Origin: Novosphingobium sp.
GTDB lineage: Bacteria; Pseudomonadota; Alphaproteobacteria; Sphingomonadales; Sphingomonadaceae
Direction of reading: 5' to 3'
NCBI GenBank assembly: GCA_039917735.1
Contig: JBDSIY010000102.1
Span: 3,888-67,887 of the forward strand
Length of the DNA: 64,000 nt
The notes beneath the pieces were generated by a model. It saw nothing but the letters and a program-made list of their open reading frames with translations. It ran no database searches and had not been told where the DNA came from. Below, piece by piece: positions 9,100-19,118 of the stretch. Both the position numbers and the translations under genes were made by a program. Every line of letters starts with the position of its first letter. Positions within the stretch are counted from its first letter, which is position 1.

Positions 9100-11499
9100 T
9101 TACTGCCGCGCTCGAAGGGTCACTCCGATCGTGCGCGGGTCACTTGGCGTGGCGAGGATGAGGCCAGAGTTGCCGGCCTGGATGGTGACGTTCTGGATAT
9201 AATCCCGACCGAACAGGTTTCGGGCGAACACGGCGATCTCCCAGCCCTTGGCATTGCGAAACCCGACGCTGCCGTTGACGACAGTGTAGCCGCCGATCGT
9301 CGTGAAGCGCGAGCCGGTGGGGTCACCGAGCTGCCGGCTGCGATAGTTGGCGTCGGCGTGCGCGAAGAGGCTTCCCCCGAGCGCTCCCAAAGGGCGGAGA
9401 TAGTCTCCGCCTACCGTCCATGACCATCTCGGCAGGCCCGGAAGACCCACGCCGCTCAAGTCGCAGGCCGCCGCCGAATTGCCGATCCGCTCGATCGGGC
9501 ACGGCCCGGCGGGATAGCGGTCGTACTTGCCGTCGGCATAGGCAACCGACGCTCGCAGCGATAAGTCGCCCTTGACCGCCGCAACGGCGTCGGCCTCGAA
9601 CCCCTTCACCGTCACCTTGGGGATGTTGGCGAGGTAGGTGCGCAACGCGGCCGCCGCGCGGGTGTCGCTGACGTTGGTCTGGAAGTCCGTCACGCGAGTG
9701 TAGAAGGCGTCGATGTTGAAGGTCAGGCGGTTGCCGAACAGGCGGGTCTTCAAGCCCACCTCGTAGGCCGTGTTCTTCTCGGGCCGCACCGTTGCGGTCC
9801 CGATCGCCGGCAGGTTCTGATCGTTGAGCGGCAGTCCGGACATGTTGATGCCGCCAGACTTCTCGCCGCGCGCATAGCTCGCATAGCCGAGCACGTAGTC
9901 GGTCACTGCCCATGCGATATTGGCGCGGCCGGTGAGCGCGCCGTCGTTGACCCTCGCGGCGTAGGTCTGGCCGCGCAGGATCGACAGCCTGGCGTTGATG
10001 AGCGCGGCGTTGGCGATTGGCGGACCGCCGGACACGAACGTGTCATAGGTGCCGGTCTTGTGCTCGTAAGTATAACGAAGGCCGCCGGTCAGCGTGACCC
10101 GCTCGACCGGGCGCCAGTTGACCTCACCGAACGCGGCATAGCTGTTCGACTGGAAATCGGTGCGGCCATCGGTGCCATAGCCGTCCAGCAGATTGGCTGG
10201 GACCGGAGTGGCATTCACGCCGGTGGTCGCGCCGATCAAATAGCGGGACGCCGCTGGACCGTAGATCGAGATCGGCCGCCCCCCCACGCGCTGACGGACG
10301 AAATACAGCCCTCCGACATAGCTGATCGCCCGCTCGCCGTTGGAGGCGATGCGCAGCTCCTGGCTATACTGATCCTGCCGTGACGGGATGTGCTGCTCGA
10401 TCTGGATGGGGATGCCGGTATAGTCGCGGTCGTTGGCGGCGTCCCAGTTCCAGAAGCGCCACGCACTGACCGAGGTCAGCACCGCCGCGCCGATGTCCCA
10501 ATCGGCAATCGCGGCGACACCGCCTTCGTTGGTGTCCACGCCCAGCGGCGCATCGATATCGGTCACGCGGTCATAGGGATTGGTGCTGGGCGGCGTGTAG
10601 TTGAACTGAGCGGCAAGGCCGGTCGGTCCGCCAAACTGGCGGGTGGCGGTGCGCGGCACGTCTCGAGTGGCGACACGGTAGAAGACCTGGGTGCAGCAGT
10701 TGCTCTGGAAGTTGGTGAAATCGGCGCTCAGCTTGAGCTGAAACACCTCGGACGGCTTGAACAGCAATTGCCCGCGCACCGCCTGGTTGCCGATCTGGTT
10801 GTGATCCTGTCCCGTGCGGACATTGTCGATCACACCGTCTCGGCGCGTAGAAACGCCCGATAGGCGAAAAGCGATGGTCTCGCTGATCGGGCCGGAGGCG
10901 GCAGCCTTGGCCTGGACGAAGTGGAAGCTCCCGAGCGATATTTCCTCGGTGGCTTCCGGCGTGGCGGTTGGCGCCCGCGTCGTGATGTTGATCGCACCGG
11001 CCGTACTGTTCTTGCCGAACAACGTGCCCTGCGGACCGCGCAACACCTCCACCTGGGCAATGTCGCTGAAGTCGAACGCGGCGGTCGCCGGGCGGGCATG
11101 ATAGACCTGATCGACGTAGTAGCCGACGCCTGGCTCCAGCCCGTCATTTGCCTGGCTGACCGCAACGACGCTGCTGCCGAGCCCTCGAATCGTGAAGGCG
11201 GTGTTTCGCGGATTGGCCGAACTGTAGTTGAGCGCGGGCACCAACTGTGACAGTTGCTGCGTGTTGACCGTGTAGGAACGGTCGAGCCGCTCGCCGCCAA
11301 CCACGGACAGCGAGCCGGGGATGCGCTGTGCATCCTCAGGGCGGCGGCGCGCCGTGACGGTGATCTGCGGCACGCCCACTCGATCGTCGGCGTCGTTCGT
11401 GGCCGCCGCATCGCCTACTTCCCGTGCATCAGCGCCCGCCGGCCCCGGACACAGACATAACATCACGCCCAACACGAGCGATCCCCGAAAATCGTGCAC
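9100..11499 (-). CDS. TonB-dependent receptor (799 aa)
   Basis: Signal peptide, ITVTARRR TonB-box region, plug VEVLRGPQGTLFGKNSTAGAINI, beta-barrel C-terminus. Confidence 0.93.
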   Translation of the reverse strand: MHDFRGSLVLGVMLCLCPGPAGADAREVGDAAATNDADDRVGVPQITVTARRRPEDAQRIPGSLSVVGGERLDRSYTVNTQQLSQLVPALNYSSANPRNTAFTIRGLGSSVVAVSQANDGLEPGVGYYVDQVYHARPATAAFDFSDIAQVEVLRGPQGTLFGKNSTAGAINITTRAPTATPEATEEISLGSFHFVQAKAAASGPISETIAFRLSGVSTRRDGVIDNVRTGQDHNQIGNQAVRGQLLFKPSEVFQLKLSADFTNFQSNCCTQVFYRVATRDVPRTATRQFGGPTGLAAQFNYTPPSTNPYDRVTDIDAPLGVDTNEGGVAAIADWDIGAAVLTSVSAWRFWNWDAANDRDYTGIPIQIEQHIPSRQDQYSQELRIASNGERAISYVGGLYFVRQRVGGRPISIYGPAASRYLIGATTGVNATPVPANLLDGYGTDGRTDFQSNSYAAFGEVNWRPVERVTLTGGLRYTYEHKTGTYDTFVSGGPPIANAALINARLSILRGQTYAARVNDGALTGRANIAWAVTDYVLGYASYARGEKSGGINMSGLPLNDQNLPAIGTATVRPEKNTAYEVGLKTRLFGNRLTFNIDAFYTRVTDFQTNVSDTRAAAALRTYLANIPKVTVKGFEADAVAAVKGDLSLRASVAYADGKYDRYPAGPCPIERIGNSAAACDLSGVGLPGLPRWSWTVGGDYLRPLGALGGSLFAHADANYRSRQLGDPTGSRFTTIGGYTVVNGSVGFRNAKGWEIAVFARNLFGRDYIQNVTIQAGNSGLILATPSDPRTIGVTLRARQ

Positions 11500-11536
11500 G
11501 CTTCGCCCCCTCGTTCACCGAACGCAGCCGGCGATT

Positions 11537-11560
11537 CACTATATTCGGACATATATAGCG
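11537..11560. promoter_or_regulatory. ModE-box-like operator upstream of the TonB-dependent receptor
   Basis: CACTATATT-CGGACA-TATATAGCG matches the ModE consensus CGTTATATA-N6-TATATAACG at 6/9 and 8/9; it lies between modE and the receptor start. Confidence 0.75.
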
Positions 11561-11601
11561 AAAGGTGCTGGAACGAAGCGGCATATTCTGGCGTGGCCGT
11601 G

Positions 11602-11988
11602 TCAGGCGGAAAGGTCGGCCTTCGCGGGTAGGGGCTCCTCGCGGATCAAACCCATCAGCCGCTGATAGGAGACGCTGTTGGCAATGGTCGCGGATTGTGC
11701 CTCCAGGTTTCTGAAGGCGGCGAGTGCGGCATGCCCGGTGTCCGTCAGATGGGCCCCCCGGTCGCGACTTCCTCCGGCGATCGTATCGACCAGTCGATCG
11801 TGGAAACACCGGTTCATCTCGTCCACCAGCAGCCAGATGCGGCGGTAGCTCATGCCCAGTGCCCTGCCTGCGGCAGAGATCGAGCCTTCGCGCTCGATCG
11901 CGGCGAGCACATCCGCCTTGCCGGGACCGATTGCGTAGGTGTCACCGCAGACAAGTTGCAGCTTCAGCTTCAGTGCACCGACACGCAC
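11602..11988 (-). CDS. modE: ModE-family regulator, winged-helix domain only (no Mop domains)
   Basis: IGPGKADVLAAIEREGSISAAGRALGMSYRRIWLLVDEMN; 128 aa. Confidence 0.88.
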   Translation of the reverse strand: MRVGALKLKLQLVCGDTYAIGPGKADVLAAIEREGSISAAGRALGMSYRRIWLLVDEMNRCFHDRLVDTIAGGSRDRGAHLTDTGHAALAAFRNLEAQSATIANSVSYQRLMGLIREEPLPAKADLSA

Positions 11989-11989
11989 C

Positions 11990-12196
11990 TCACTTCCCGA
12001 TCAGAACGTCGCTGGCTTTGACAAGGACGGTGACTTGATCGCCCTCGCTGAGGCCCAAATCGGCGATCGCCTCCTCGGTGATGTTGGCGGTGACGACGAT
12101 GCCGTTGCCGATATCCACTTTGACCGAGCCATTCACGGCGCCGCGATGGATGCTGGCCACACGGCCTGAGATCTGGTTGCGGGCGCTGATCTTCAT
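11990..12196 (-). CDS. Stand-alone Mop/molbindin (TOBE) molybdate/tungstate-binding protein
   Basis: MKISARNQISG...TANIT..AI.DLGL..G..V.VLVKASDV; the stop is 1 nt before the modE start. Confidence 0.92.
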   Translation of the reverse strand: MKISARNQISGRVASIHRGAVNGSVKVDIGNGIVVTANITEEAIADLGLSEGDQVTVLVKASDVLIGK

Positions 12197-12349
12197 AGCG
12201 TGTCCTCAGGGTACGAGAGTACGGCGAGACCGCCGGATAACACCTTTGAGTTCCGACGGCGAGCTGCCCCCGTCCGTTTAGGGTGACTACACCCGCCACT
12301 CCACAAACTCTGCCCGCAGTGCCAGCCCGTAAGCCTCACTTCCCGCCGA

Positions 12350-13123
12350 TCAGAACGGATCGCGGAATGGCCCGGCGATGTGGCCGCCATCCACCACCAG
12401 CGACGCACCGGTGCAAAACGAACTTTCATCCGACGCGAAGAACAGCACGGCGTTGGCGATCTCCTCGGGCCGGCCCATGCGGGCAATCGGCTGACGAGCC
12501 ACGGCTTTTTGCAGCCGTTCCATTGATTTGCCGGTGTTCTTGGCAACCATCGGCGTCTCGATGATGCCGGGATGGACGCTGTTGACGCGGATGTTGCGTG
12601 GGCCGAGCTCGAGGGCAAGCGAGCGGGTCATCCCGGTGACGGCGAACTTGCTGGCAACATAGGTGCTGAGCCCTTCGACGCCGACGAGCCCGTCGATCGA
12701 CGAGATGTTGATGATCGATCCGCCGCCGCGCGCGTCCATCGCCTTGAGGGCGCTGCGGACTCCAGCCCAGACGCCGGTGACGTTGATATCGAGAACGCGG
12801 CGATGGCCTTCGATCGTCTCGCGTTCGATCCCGCCGCCGATGCCCGCGCCGGCGTTGTTGACGAGAACGTCGAGGCCGCCGTTGCGGCCGCGGACCTCGG
12901 CGATGGTCCGGTCCCACTGCGCAAGGTCGGTGACGTCGAGGTCGAGAAAGCTGGCGGATGGACCGATGTCTTGGGCGACCGCCAGCCCGGCGTCGTGCCT
13001 GACATCGCTGACGATCACCGTAGCACCGTGTGCGGCGAAGCTGCGGGCGCAAGCCTCGCCGATGCCGCTCCCGGCGCCGGTGACCAGGGCGATCTTGCCG
13101 GCAAGTCGGGCGGCCATGGTCAT
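12350..13123 (-). CDS. SDR family oxidoreductase (3-alpha/20-beta-HSD-like)
   Basis: TGAGSGIG, NNAG, YVASK, NSVHPG; ATGA-coupled to the upstream SDR. Confidence 0.92.
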   Translation of the reverse strand: MTMAARLAGKIALVTGAGSGIGEACARSFAAHGATVIVSDVRHDAGLAVAQDIGPSASFLDLDVTDLAQWDRTIAEVRGRNGGLDVLVNNAGAGIGGGIERETIEGHRRVLDINVTGVWAGVRSALKAMDARGGGSIINISSIDGLVGVEGLSTYVASKFAVTGMTRSLALELGPRNIRVNSVHPGIIETPMVAKNTGKSMERLQKAVARQPIARMGRPEEIANAVLFFASDESSFCTGASLVVDGGHIAGPFRDPF

Positions 13124-13923
13124 GGCATCGATACTCCACCGTTGATCCGCAGATTCTGGCCGGTGACGAAACGGCTGGCGTCGGAGGCGAGGTAGAGCAC
13201 CCCCAGGGCGATGTCGCGCGGGGTGCCGACGATGCCGAGCGGCGATGTCTCGGCGCGTTGGCGGATGCCCTCCGCGCGCCTGGCCGGATCGATCGCGCCG
13301 CCTTCGTCGCGGAAGCGGTGCGTGCCCATTGGCGTCTCGACCCAGCCGGGCGCGATGGCGTTGACCCGGATGCCCCACGCGCCGAATTCCTTGGCGGCGG
13401 TTCGGGTTACCATGTTCACGCCCGCCTTGGTCATCGCATAGAGCGAAAGGCCTGGCACGACGCTGTCGGCGCCGCTCGACGAGAAGTTGACGATCGAGCC
13501 CTTGCCCGCCGGGCGCATGACGCGGGCGGCGGCAGCGCAGCCCCAGTAGATGCCCTTGAGGTTGATCGCGATCATCCGGTCGACCTCGTCCTCGCGGGCC
13601 TCGATGATGGTGCGGTTGACCAGAATTCCGGCGACGTTGACCCAGATATCGACACGACCGGTGACGGCGGCCGCCCGATCGGCGAGCGCTTCCAGCTGCG
13701 CCCGTTGCGCAACATCGACGGTGTGGGTTTGCGGCCGCCCTCCGGCATCGGCGACCATCGCGGCGGTTTGCTCCAGCCCCGCCGCGTCGATGTCGCCCAA
13801 CACCGGCGTCGCCCCGGCTTCGGCCAGGACGACCGCGGCCTCGCGGCCGAGTCCCGACGCTGCACCCGTGACGACCGCCACCCGCCCGTGCAACGAGAAC
13901 GCTTCCGCAATGACTTCATGCAT
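13120..13923 (-). CDS. SDR family oxidoreductase
   Basis: TGAASGLG, YAMTK, NAIAPG. Confidence 0.92.
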   Translation of the reverse strand: MHEVIAEAFSLHGRVAVVTGAASGLGREAAVVLAEAGATPVLGDIDAAGLEQTAAMVADAGGRPQTHTVDVAQRAQLEALADRAAAVTGRVDIWVNVAGILVNRTIIEAREDEVDRMIAINLKGIYWGCAAAARVMRPAGKGSIVNFSSSGADSVVPGLSLYAMTKAGVNMVTRTAAKEFGAWGIRVNAIAPGWVETPMGTHRFRDEGGAIDPARRAEGIRQRAETSPLGIVGTPRDIALGVLYLASDASRFVTGQNLRINGGVSMP

Positions 13924-14211
13924 CTGCCTGCTCCGGTATCTTCAAGACTATGTTGTGTAATATGCTTTTCAAGCAGACAGGCGTTCAAGCATGAGGCGCT
14001 GTTTATCTACAAGGCCCAAATATCGTTGCCAATTATTATGGCGCAAAACTGCATGGTTGATAAGCTTTCCGGGCAGATTCGGAATGAATCCATATTTGCG
14101 CATCTCACAATATGTAATTACGGAAGTCTATATAAAATCACTTGAGCCTTGAACAGATCGACCTTTCGGCACTATCCCAACGGCATAAGCACACGTGAGA
14201 GGATGACAATC

Positions 14212-15429
14212 ATGGACCTTGGCCTGCTCTACGAGTTCGACGTGCCCCAGCCCTGGGCCGGAGAACACCCCTGGGGTCAGCGGACGGCGGAGCGCGCGGT
14301 CTATCGCAATTGCATCGAGCAGATCGTCCTCGCCGACAAGGTCGGCTTCGAGGCGGTCTGGCTGGTCGAGCACCACTTTCGGGAGAACCGCTCGCACATG
14401 CCCTCGAACGAGGTCGTGCTCGGCGCGCTCTCCCAGATCACCAAGGACATCAAGCTCGGCTTCGGGGTGTCGCTGATGCCGCACGAGTTCATCCACCCGG
14501 CGCGGATCGCCGAAAAGATCGCGACGGTCGACGTCCTGTCTGGCGGCCGCGCGATCTGGGGCATGGGCCGCTCGACGCCGATGGAGCAGATCGCGTTCGG
14601 CGTGGATATCCCGGCGAGCAAGGACAAGTTGAAGGCCGCCGCGCGCACCGTCGTCGGCATGTGGCGCGAGCAATATTACGAGGAGCATTCCGAGTATCTC
14701 GACTTTCCCAAGCGGATGGTCACGCCCAAACCCTACCAGTTCCCGCATCCGCCCGCGTGGATGGCCGCCTCCACCGAGTCGAGCGCGATCATGGCCGGCG
14801 AGAACGGCTGCGGCTTGCTGTGCTTCAGCATCATGCAACCGCTCGACAAGCTCAAGCTGGTCATCGACGCTTACAAGAAGGCGCAGCAAACCGCGGTTCC
14901 GCTGACCGAGGTCCACACCAACAAGGTCGGCGTCTACACGCTGGTGCATTGTACCGACACTCGCGAGACTTTCGACACCGACCGCGTGTGGGACTCGATG
15001 TGGTGGTGGTACAAGGGCCTCGCCGAGTTCCACCTCAAGTGGGAAATGGCGCACTTGACCGACGAGCAGAAGGCCAAGGCGTTCCCTCTGCTCGAATCGC
15101 AGGCCCGGGGCGAATTCGACATCACCGCGTTCGATCGTGAAGACATGGTCATCGTCGGAACCCCCGACGAGGTTCTAAGAAAGCTCCGGCGTTACGAGGA
15201 AGCGGGGGTCGACCAACTGCTGTGCTACCTCAACTTCGGCTACCTGCCGCACGAGGCGGTGATGCGTTCGATCGAACTGCTTGGAACGCAGGTCATCCCC
15301 GAGCTCAAGCGGCGCGGCGCGGCGCGGCTGGCGAAAGGCCTTGAGGGGCAAATCCGCAAAGCTCAGTTCGAGACCGACCCTAGCCAAGTATGGGCGGAAG
15401 ACGCCAAGATCGGTATCCCCCCCACCTAG
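14212..15429 (+). CDS. LLM-class (luciferase-like) flavin-dependent oxidoreductase
   Basis: WLVEHHF, HPARIAEKIATVDVLSGGR, VIVGTPDEV; GAGAGG RBS before ATG 14212. Confidence 0.9.
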   Translation: MDLGLLYEFDVPQPWAGEHPWGQRTAERAVYRNCIEQIVLADKVGFEAVWLVEHHFRENRSHMPSNEVVLGALSQITKDIKLGFGVSLMPHEFIHPARIAEKIATVDVLSGGRAIWGMGRSTPMEQIAFGVDIPASKDKLKAAARTVVGMWREQYYEEHSEYLDFPKRMVTPKPYQFPHPPAWMAASTESSAIMAGENGCGLLCFSIMQPLDKLKLVIDAYKKAQQTAVPLTEVHTNKVGVYTLVHCTDTRETFDTDRVWDSMWWWYKGLAEFHLKWEMAHLTDEQKAKAFPLLESQARGEFDITAFDREDMVIVGTPDEVLRKLRRYEEAGVDQLLCYLNFGYLPHEAVMRSIELLGTQVIPELKRRGAARLAKGLEGQIRKAQFETDPSQVWAEDAKIGIPPT

Positions 15430-15438
15430 GAACAGAGA

Positions 15439-16263
15439 ATGGAAAACGCATTGTTCGGCCTGCACGGCAAACGCTTCCTCGTCATCGGCGGCGGGCAGGG
15501 CATGGGTGAGGCGTCGGCACGCCTGCTCGCCCGGCTCGGCGCCGGGGTGGCGGCGCTCGATCTTGAACCGGCGCGGGCAGAGGCGGTGGCCGCCAGCCTG
15601 CGCGACAGCGGCGCGGCGGCCTTTGCGATCGCCGCCGACGTCACCGACGAAGCCTCGCTGGTGACGGCGATCGCTACCACCGAGCGCGATTTCGGCCCGC
15701 TGGACGGGATGGTGTCGGTGGTGGGCATGGCCGGCTGGAGTCCGCTGGTCGAGATGACCGCGGAGACCTGGGACCGCGACCAGGCACGCAATTTGCGTTA
15801 TTTCTTCATCGCCGGCCGCGAGGTGGCGCGCAGCCTCCTGGCGCGCGGCGCGCCGGGGGCAATGGTCGCGGTGGCGTCGGTCGACGGAATCCGTTCGGCG
15901 CGCAACCATGGCGCTTATGGGGCGGCCAAGGCGGGGCTCATCAACCTGGTCAAGTCGATGGCCGCCGAGTGGACGCCTTCCGGCATCCGCGTCAATTGCG
16001 TCGCTCCCGGCGCGATCGTCACGCCGCGCGTCCCGCTTGGCGAGCCGGAGCGAGAGCGCGAAGCCATGGCGCTGGTGCCGATGCAGCGGCGCGGCGCGGT
16101 CGATGACATCGCCAAGGCGGTGGCGTTCTTTCTTTCGGACATGTCGCCCTATGTCAGCGGCCAGACGCTGGCGGTGGACGGCGGCTATCTGGCGGCTGGC
16201 GGCTTCAGCATGAAAGCGGCGGTTCCCGCTGGCGGAACCCTTGGCATGCCCGCACCCACATGA
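15439..16263 (+). CDS. SDR family oxidoreductase
   Basis: GGGQGMG, YGAAK, NCVAPG. Confidence 0.9.
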   Translation: MENALFGLHGKRFLVIGGGQGMGEASARLLARLGAGVAALDLEPARAEAVAASLRDSGAAAFAIAADVTDEASLVTAIATTERDFGPLDGMVSVVGMAGWSPLVEMTAETWDRDQARNLRYFFIAGREVARSLLARGAPGAMVAVASVDGIRSARNHGAYGAAKAGLINLVKSMAAEWTPSGIRVNCVAPGAIVTPRVPLGEPEREREAMALVPMQRRGAVDDIAKAVAFFLSDMSPYVSGQTLAVDGGYLAAGGFSMKAAVPAGGTLGMPAPT

Positions 16264-17150
16264 GGACAATCGGCCACCTCTCCCGGCTACCGGACGAACG
16301 TCCGGGCATCGGCGCGCCTCCCCGGCTGGCAGCGCTGCGCCAAGCGGTGGCGCAGGCGGTCGGCGCGGGGACCTGGCGGACCGATCCGCCGGCGCGCGAG
16401 ATGAAACTGGGCGGCACCCGCGCGCTCGCCTTCGCGCCTCACGGCACCGCCAAGGCAACGCTCGTGCATTTTCACGGCGGGGGCTATGGTCTGGGCGCAC
16501 CTGAGATGGCCGGACCTTATGCGGCTGCACTGGCGGAACGCTGCGGCGTCGAGGTTATCTGCCCGCAGTACCGGCTGGCTCCTGACTATCCGCTGCCGGC
16601 GGGGCTCAATGACGGGTTGAAGGTTGTCGAGGCGCTGCGCGACGCTGGGTGCGGGCAGCTGATCCTGTCGGGCGATTCCGCTGGCGGCGGCCTTGCCGCC
16701 AGTCTGACCGCATTGTGCGTCGCGGACGGGATCAAGGTCGCGGGCCTGGTATTGCTCTCGGCTTGGCTCGACCTCACCGTGTCGAGCGACTGCTACGATG
16801 CGAATGCCGCCAGCGACCCCCTATTCTCGCGTGCCAGCGCCCAGGATTCGTCGGGACTGTACCTGCAAGGCTGGCCGGCCGACGACCCGCTCGCCTCGCC
16901 GCTGTTCGCGAATTTGGCCGGTTTCCCCCCGACACTGGTCAGCGCAGGCGCCGGCGAGGTGCTGTTCGAAGACTCCCGTCGCTTCCATGCCGCCCTGGAG
17001 GCCGCCGGAGTTCCCGCCGAGCTGAGCGTGATTCCCGATATGGAGCACACCGCCGTCATTCGCGACAAGTCCTTGGTCGGCGCGGCCGAAACGTTCGACA
17101 TCGTGGCTCGCTTCATCGATCGATTGCTGGCTGACCGGTCCAGTCGGTAA
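16260..17150 (+). CDS. Alpha/beta hydrolase (HSL-family esterase)
   Basis: HGGGY oxyanion motif, YRLAP, GDSAGG nucleophile elbow; ATGA-coupled. Confidence 0.92.
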   Translation: MRTIGHLSRLPDERPGIGAPPRLAALRQAVAQAVGAGTWRTDPPAREMKLGGTRALAFAPHGTAKATLVHFHGGGYGLGAPEMAGPYAAALAERCGVEVICPQYRLAPDYPLPAGLNDGLKVVEALRDAGCGQLILSGDSAGGGLAASLTALCVADGIKVAGLVLLSAWLDLTVSSDCYDANAASDPLFSRASAQDSSGLYLQGWPADDPLASPLFANLAGFPPTLVSAGAGEVLFEDSRRFHAALEAAGVPAELSVIPDMEHTAVIRDKSLVGAAETFDIVARFIDRLLADRSSR

Positions 17151-17907
17151 TCGCCTCGCGCATGCGTTGGGACAGTTCGCCAAGGCGGGCGACCACCTCG
17201 TCGGCGGGGCCCGCCAGCCCGAGGACCGTTGGCACCAACAATCCCTGCACCGGCAGCGGCATTGCCACCGACCAGTAGGGCGACCCTTCGAGCGCGCCAT
17301 CGGCATGGCCTTCCCGACGAATCTGCGCGACCTCATCGAACAGCTTTGGAATACGCGGGGCGGGAATGCGGGCGCGGCTGGCGAGCCGTGCGATCTCAGA
17401 ATCCTCGAGCATCGACAGATACGCGCTTCCCACCGCCGAGCCGAACAGCGACACTTGCAATCCGCGCTGAGCGCTCATGCCGTCCGGAACCGCGAGATCG
17501 ACCACCTGCATGAACAGGTCGTTCGGCGTGGAAACCGTCACCACCATCCCGGTCCGCGCCTGCAGCTGCAAAATGAGATCGCGCAGCCGAACGCCGGTGC
17601 CATACGCCTCCCCGATCCACGCGGCGAACTCGGTCAGGCGCTGCGATGGAAGATAGCTCTTGTCGCGGGCATTGAACACGAGATGGCCCGAGTCGACCAT
17701 CGTCTTGAGCAACTGGTTCGTCGTCGACGGATGCATCTCCAGTTCGCGGGCGATCTCCATTGCCCTGATCGGGCTGCGCCGCCTGCCGAACAGCTCGAGC
17801 ACGTCTAGCGCGCGGGTCGCCGAGCGCGATAGGCTTCGCCGGTCGCCGGCGCGCTTGATCCTGACCGCGAGATGACCCCCGGCGGAACTGGGTTCGATGA
17901 GCGTCAT
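17113..17907 (-). CDS. IclR-family transcriptional regulator
   Basis: RSATRALDVLELF...HPSTTNQLLKTMVDSGHL HTH; SAVGSAYL effector-domain motif; 38-bp convergent overlap with the esterase. Confidence 0.85.
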   Translation of the reverse strand: MTLIEPSSAGGHLAVRIKRAGDRRSLSRSATRALDVLELFGRRRSPIRAMEIARELEMHPSTTNQLLKTMVDSGHLVFNARDKSYLPSQRLTEFAAWIGEAYGTGVRLRDLILQLQARTGMVVTVSTPNDLFMQVVDLAVPDGMSAQRGLQVSLFGSAVGSAYLSMLEDSEIARLASRARIPAPRIPKLFDEVAQIRREGHADGALEGSPYWSVAMPLPVQGLLVPTVLGLAGPADEVVARLGELSQRMREAITDWTGQPAIDR

Positions 17908-18254
17908 GGGTCATCTCCAAACGTGCGCCCAAGGGCGACGAGTAACCCGCCGCACGGTGCTGTCATCTGGACGGCAACGCTTCGGTTGGCGCGGCAACTC
18001 CGGAACAGCACGATTTGGCCTTGAGTAGGCCACTTGTTGGCGCGGCGAAACGGATTGGAACATCTGGTGGGTGGGAAGGTGCCGGGTGCCGTGCCCGGCT
18101 TCAACCTGCCTTGCCCGCTATTGGACTGATCCCGCCGAAGGTGTAGGCCGACTTTCTCCGCTGACCGTGCGGCGCCGAAGGGCGTGTGCCCCGCTTCGCT
18201 CAGCGCGGGCTCGTGATGGCCGAGAAAAAGGCGGACGAGGTCAAGGTGAGTGAC

Positions 18255-19055
18255 ATGAACCAAATCAGCCTCGACTTTCTCAGCGGCCTGGGCATGGCTC
18301 CCGTCGAGTTCGTCGAGCTTGCGGCCACAATCGGCTGCGGGTCGATCACCCTGGGGATCCAGCCTTTGGGCTCGATCGGCCGCTATCCGACATGGTCGTT
18401 TCGGGGCGCTCCGGCGCTGGTGAGGGAAACGCGCAAGGCGCTGGTGGAGCGAGGCATTACCCTCGCAGCAGGCGAAGGGTGGTTTGTCGTGCCGCGCCAT
18501 GACTTTGGCGACACCGGCGGCGATCTGGATATCATGGCGGAACTTGGGGCCGCTTCGATCTCGACTTGCGGGCTCGATCCGGACCTTGCGCGCAGCTTTG
18601 ATCAGATCGCCGTCCTTACCGAGATGGCCGCAGCCAGAGGGATGGGCACCAACATCGAGTTTGTCGCGACGATGCCTATCGGAAGCTTGGAGACCGCGCT
18701 CGAAGCCGTCGCCCACGTCGGGCGGCCGGAGTCCGGGTTGGTGATCGACGCGATGCACTTGTTCCGCTCCGGGGCAAGCGCCGCCGACGTCGCTGCCGTT
18801 GGTCCCGGGCTCATCCGCCACGTTCAGGTCTGCGATGCGCCAATGACAGGGACCGGCGACTACGGGTATGAAGCAACGTTCGAGCGGCTGCCGCCGGGTC
18901 ACGGCGAGTTCCCGCTGGCAGAGCTCCTTGCGGCGGTGCCGAGAGGTGTCACGCTTGGACTCGAGATTCCGATGAGGGCGCGCGCCGAAGCCGGCGACGA
19001 TCCCGTGGAACGCCTGCGACCATGCGTAGAGGCCACCCGCAAGCTGATGGCCTGA
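18255..19055 (+). CDS. Sugar-phosphate isomerase/epimerase (AP endonuclease 2 / xylose isomerase-like TIM barrel)
   Basis: NIEF, IDAMHL, HVQVCDAP, RLPPGHG, LGLEIP; alternative start at 18216. Confidence 0.85.
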   Translation: MNQISLDFLSGLGMAPVEFVELAATIGCGSITLGIQPLGSIGRYPTWSFRGAPALVRETRKALVERGITLAAGEGWFVVPRHDFGDTGGDLDIMAELGAASISTCGLDPDLARSFDQIAVLTEMAAARGMGTNIEFVATMPIGSLETALEAVAHVGRPESGLVIDAMHLFRSGASAADVAAVGPGLIRHVQVCDAPMTGTGDYGYEATFERLPPGHGEFPLAELLAAVPRGVTLGLEIPMRARAEAGDDPVERLRPCVEATRKLMA

Positions 19056-19118
19056 CAGAGCGCTCGGCATCTTCGGAGCCTGCCGGCATATCGACGACGG
19101 CCACGAAGAGCCCGCGGC

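Noticed and set aside
17950-18060. Repeated TTGGCGCGGC as a sigma54 promoter
   Set aside because: No TTGC at the -12 spacing.
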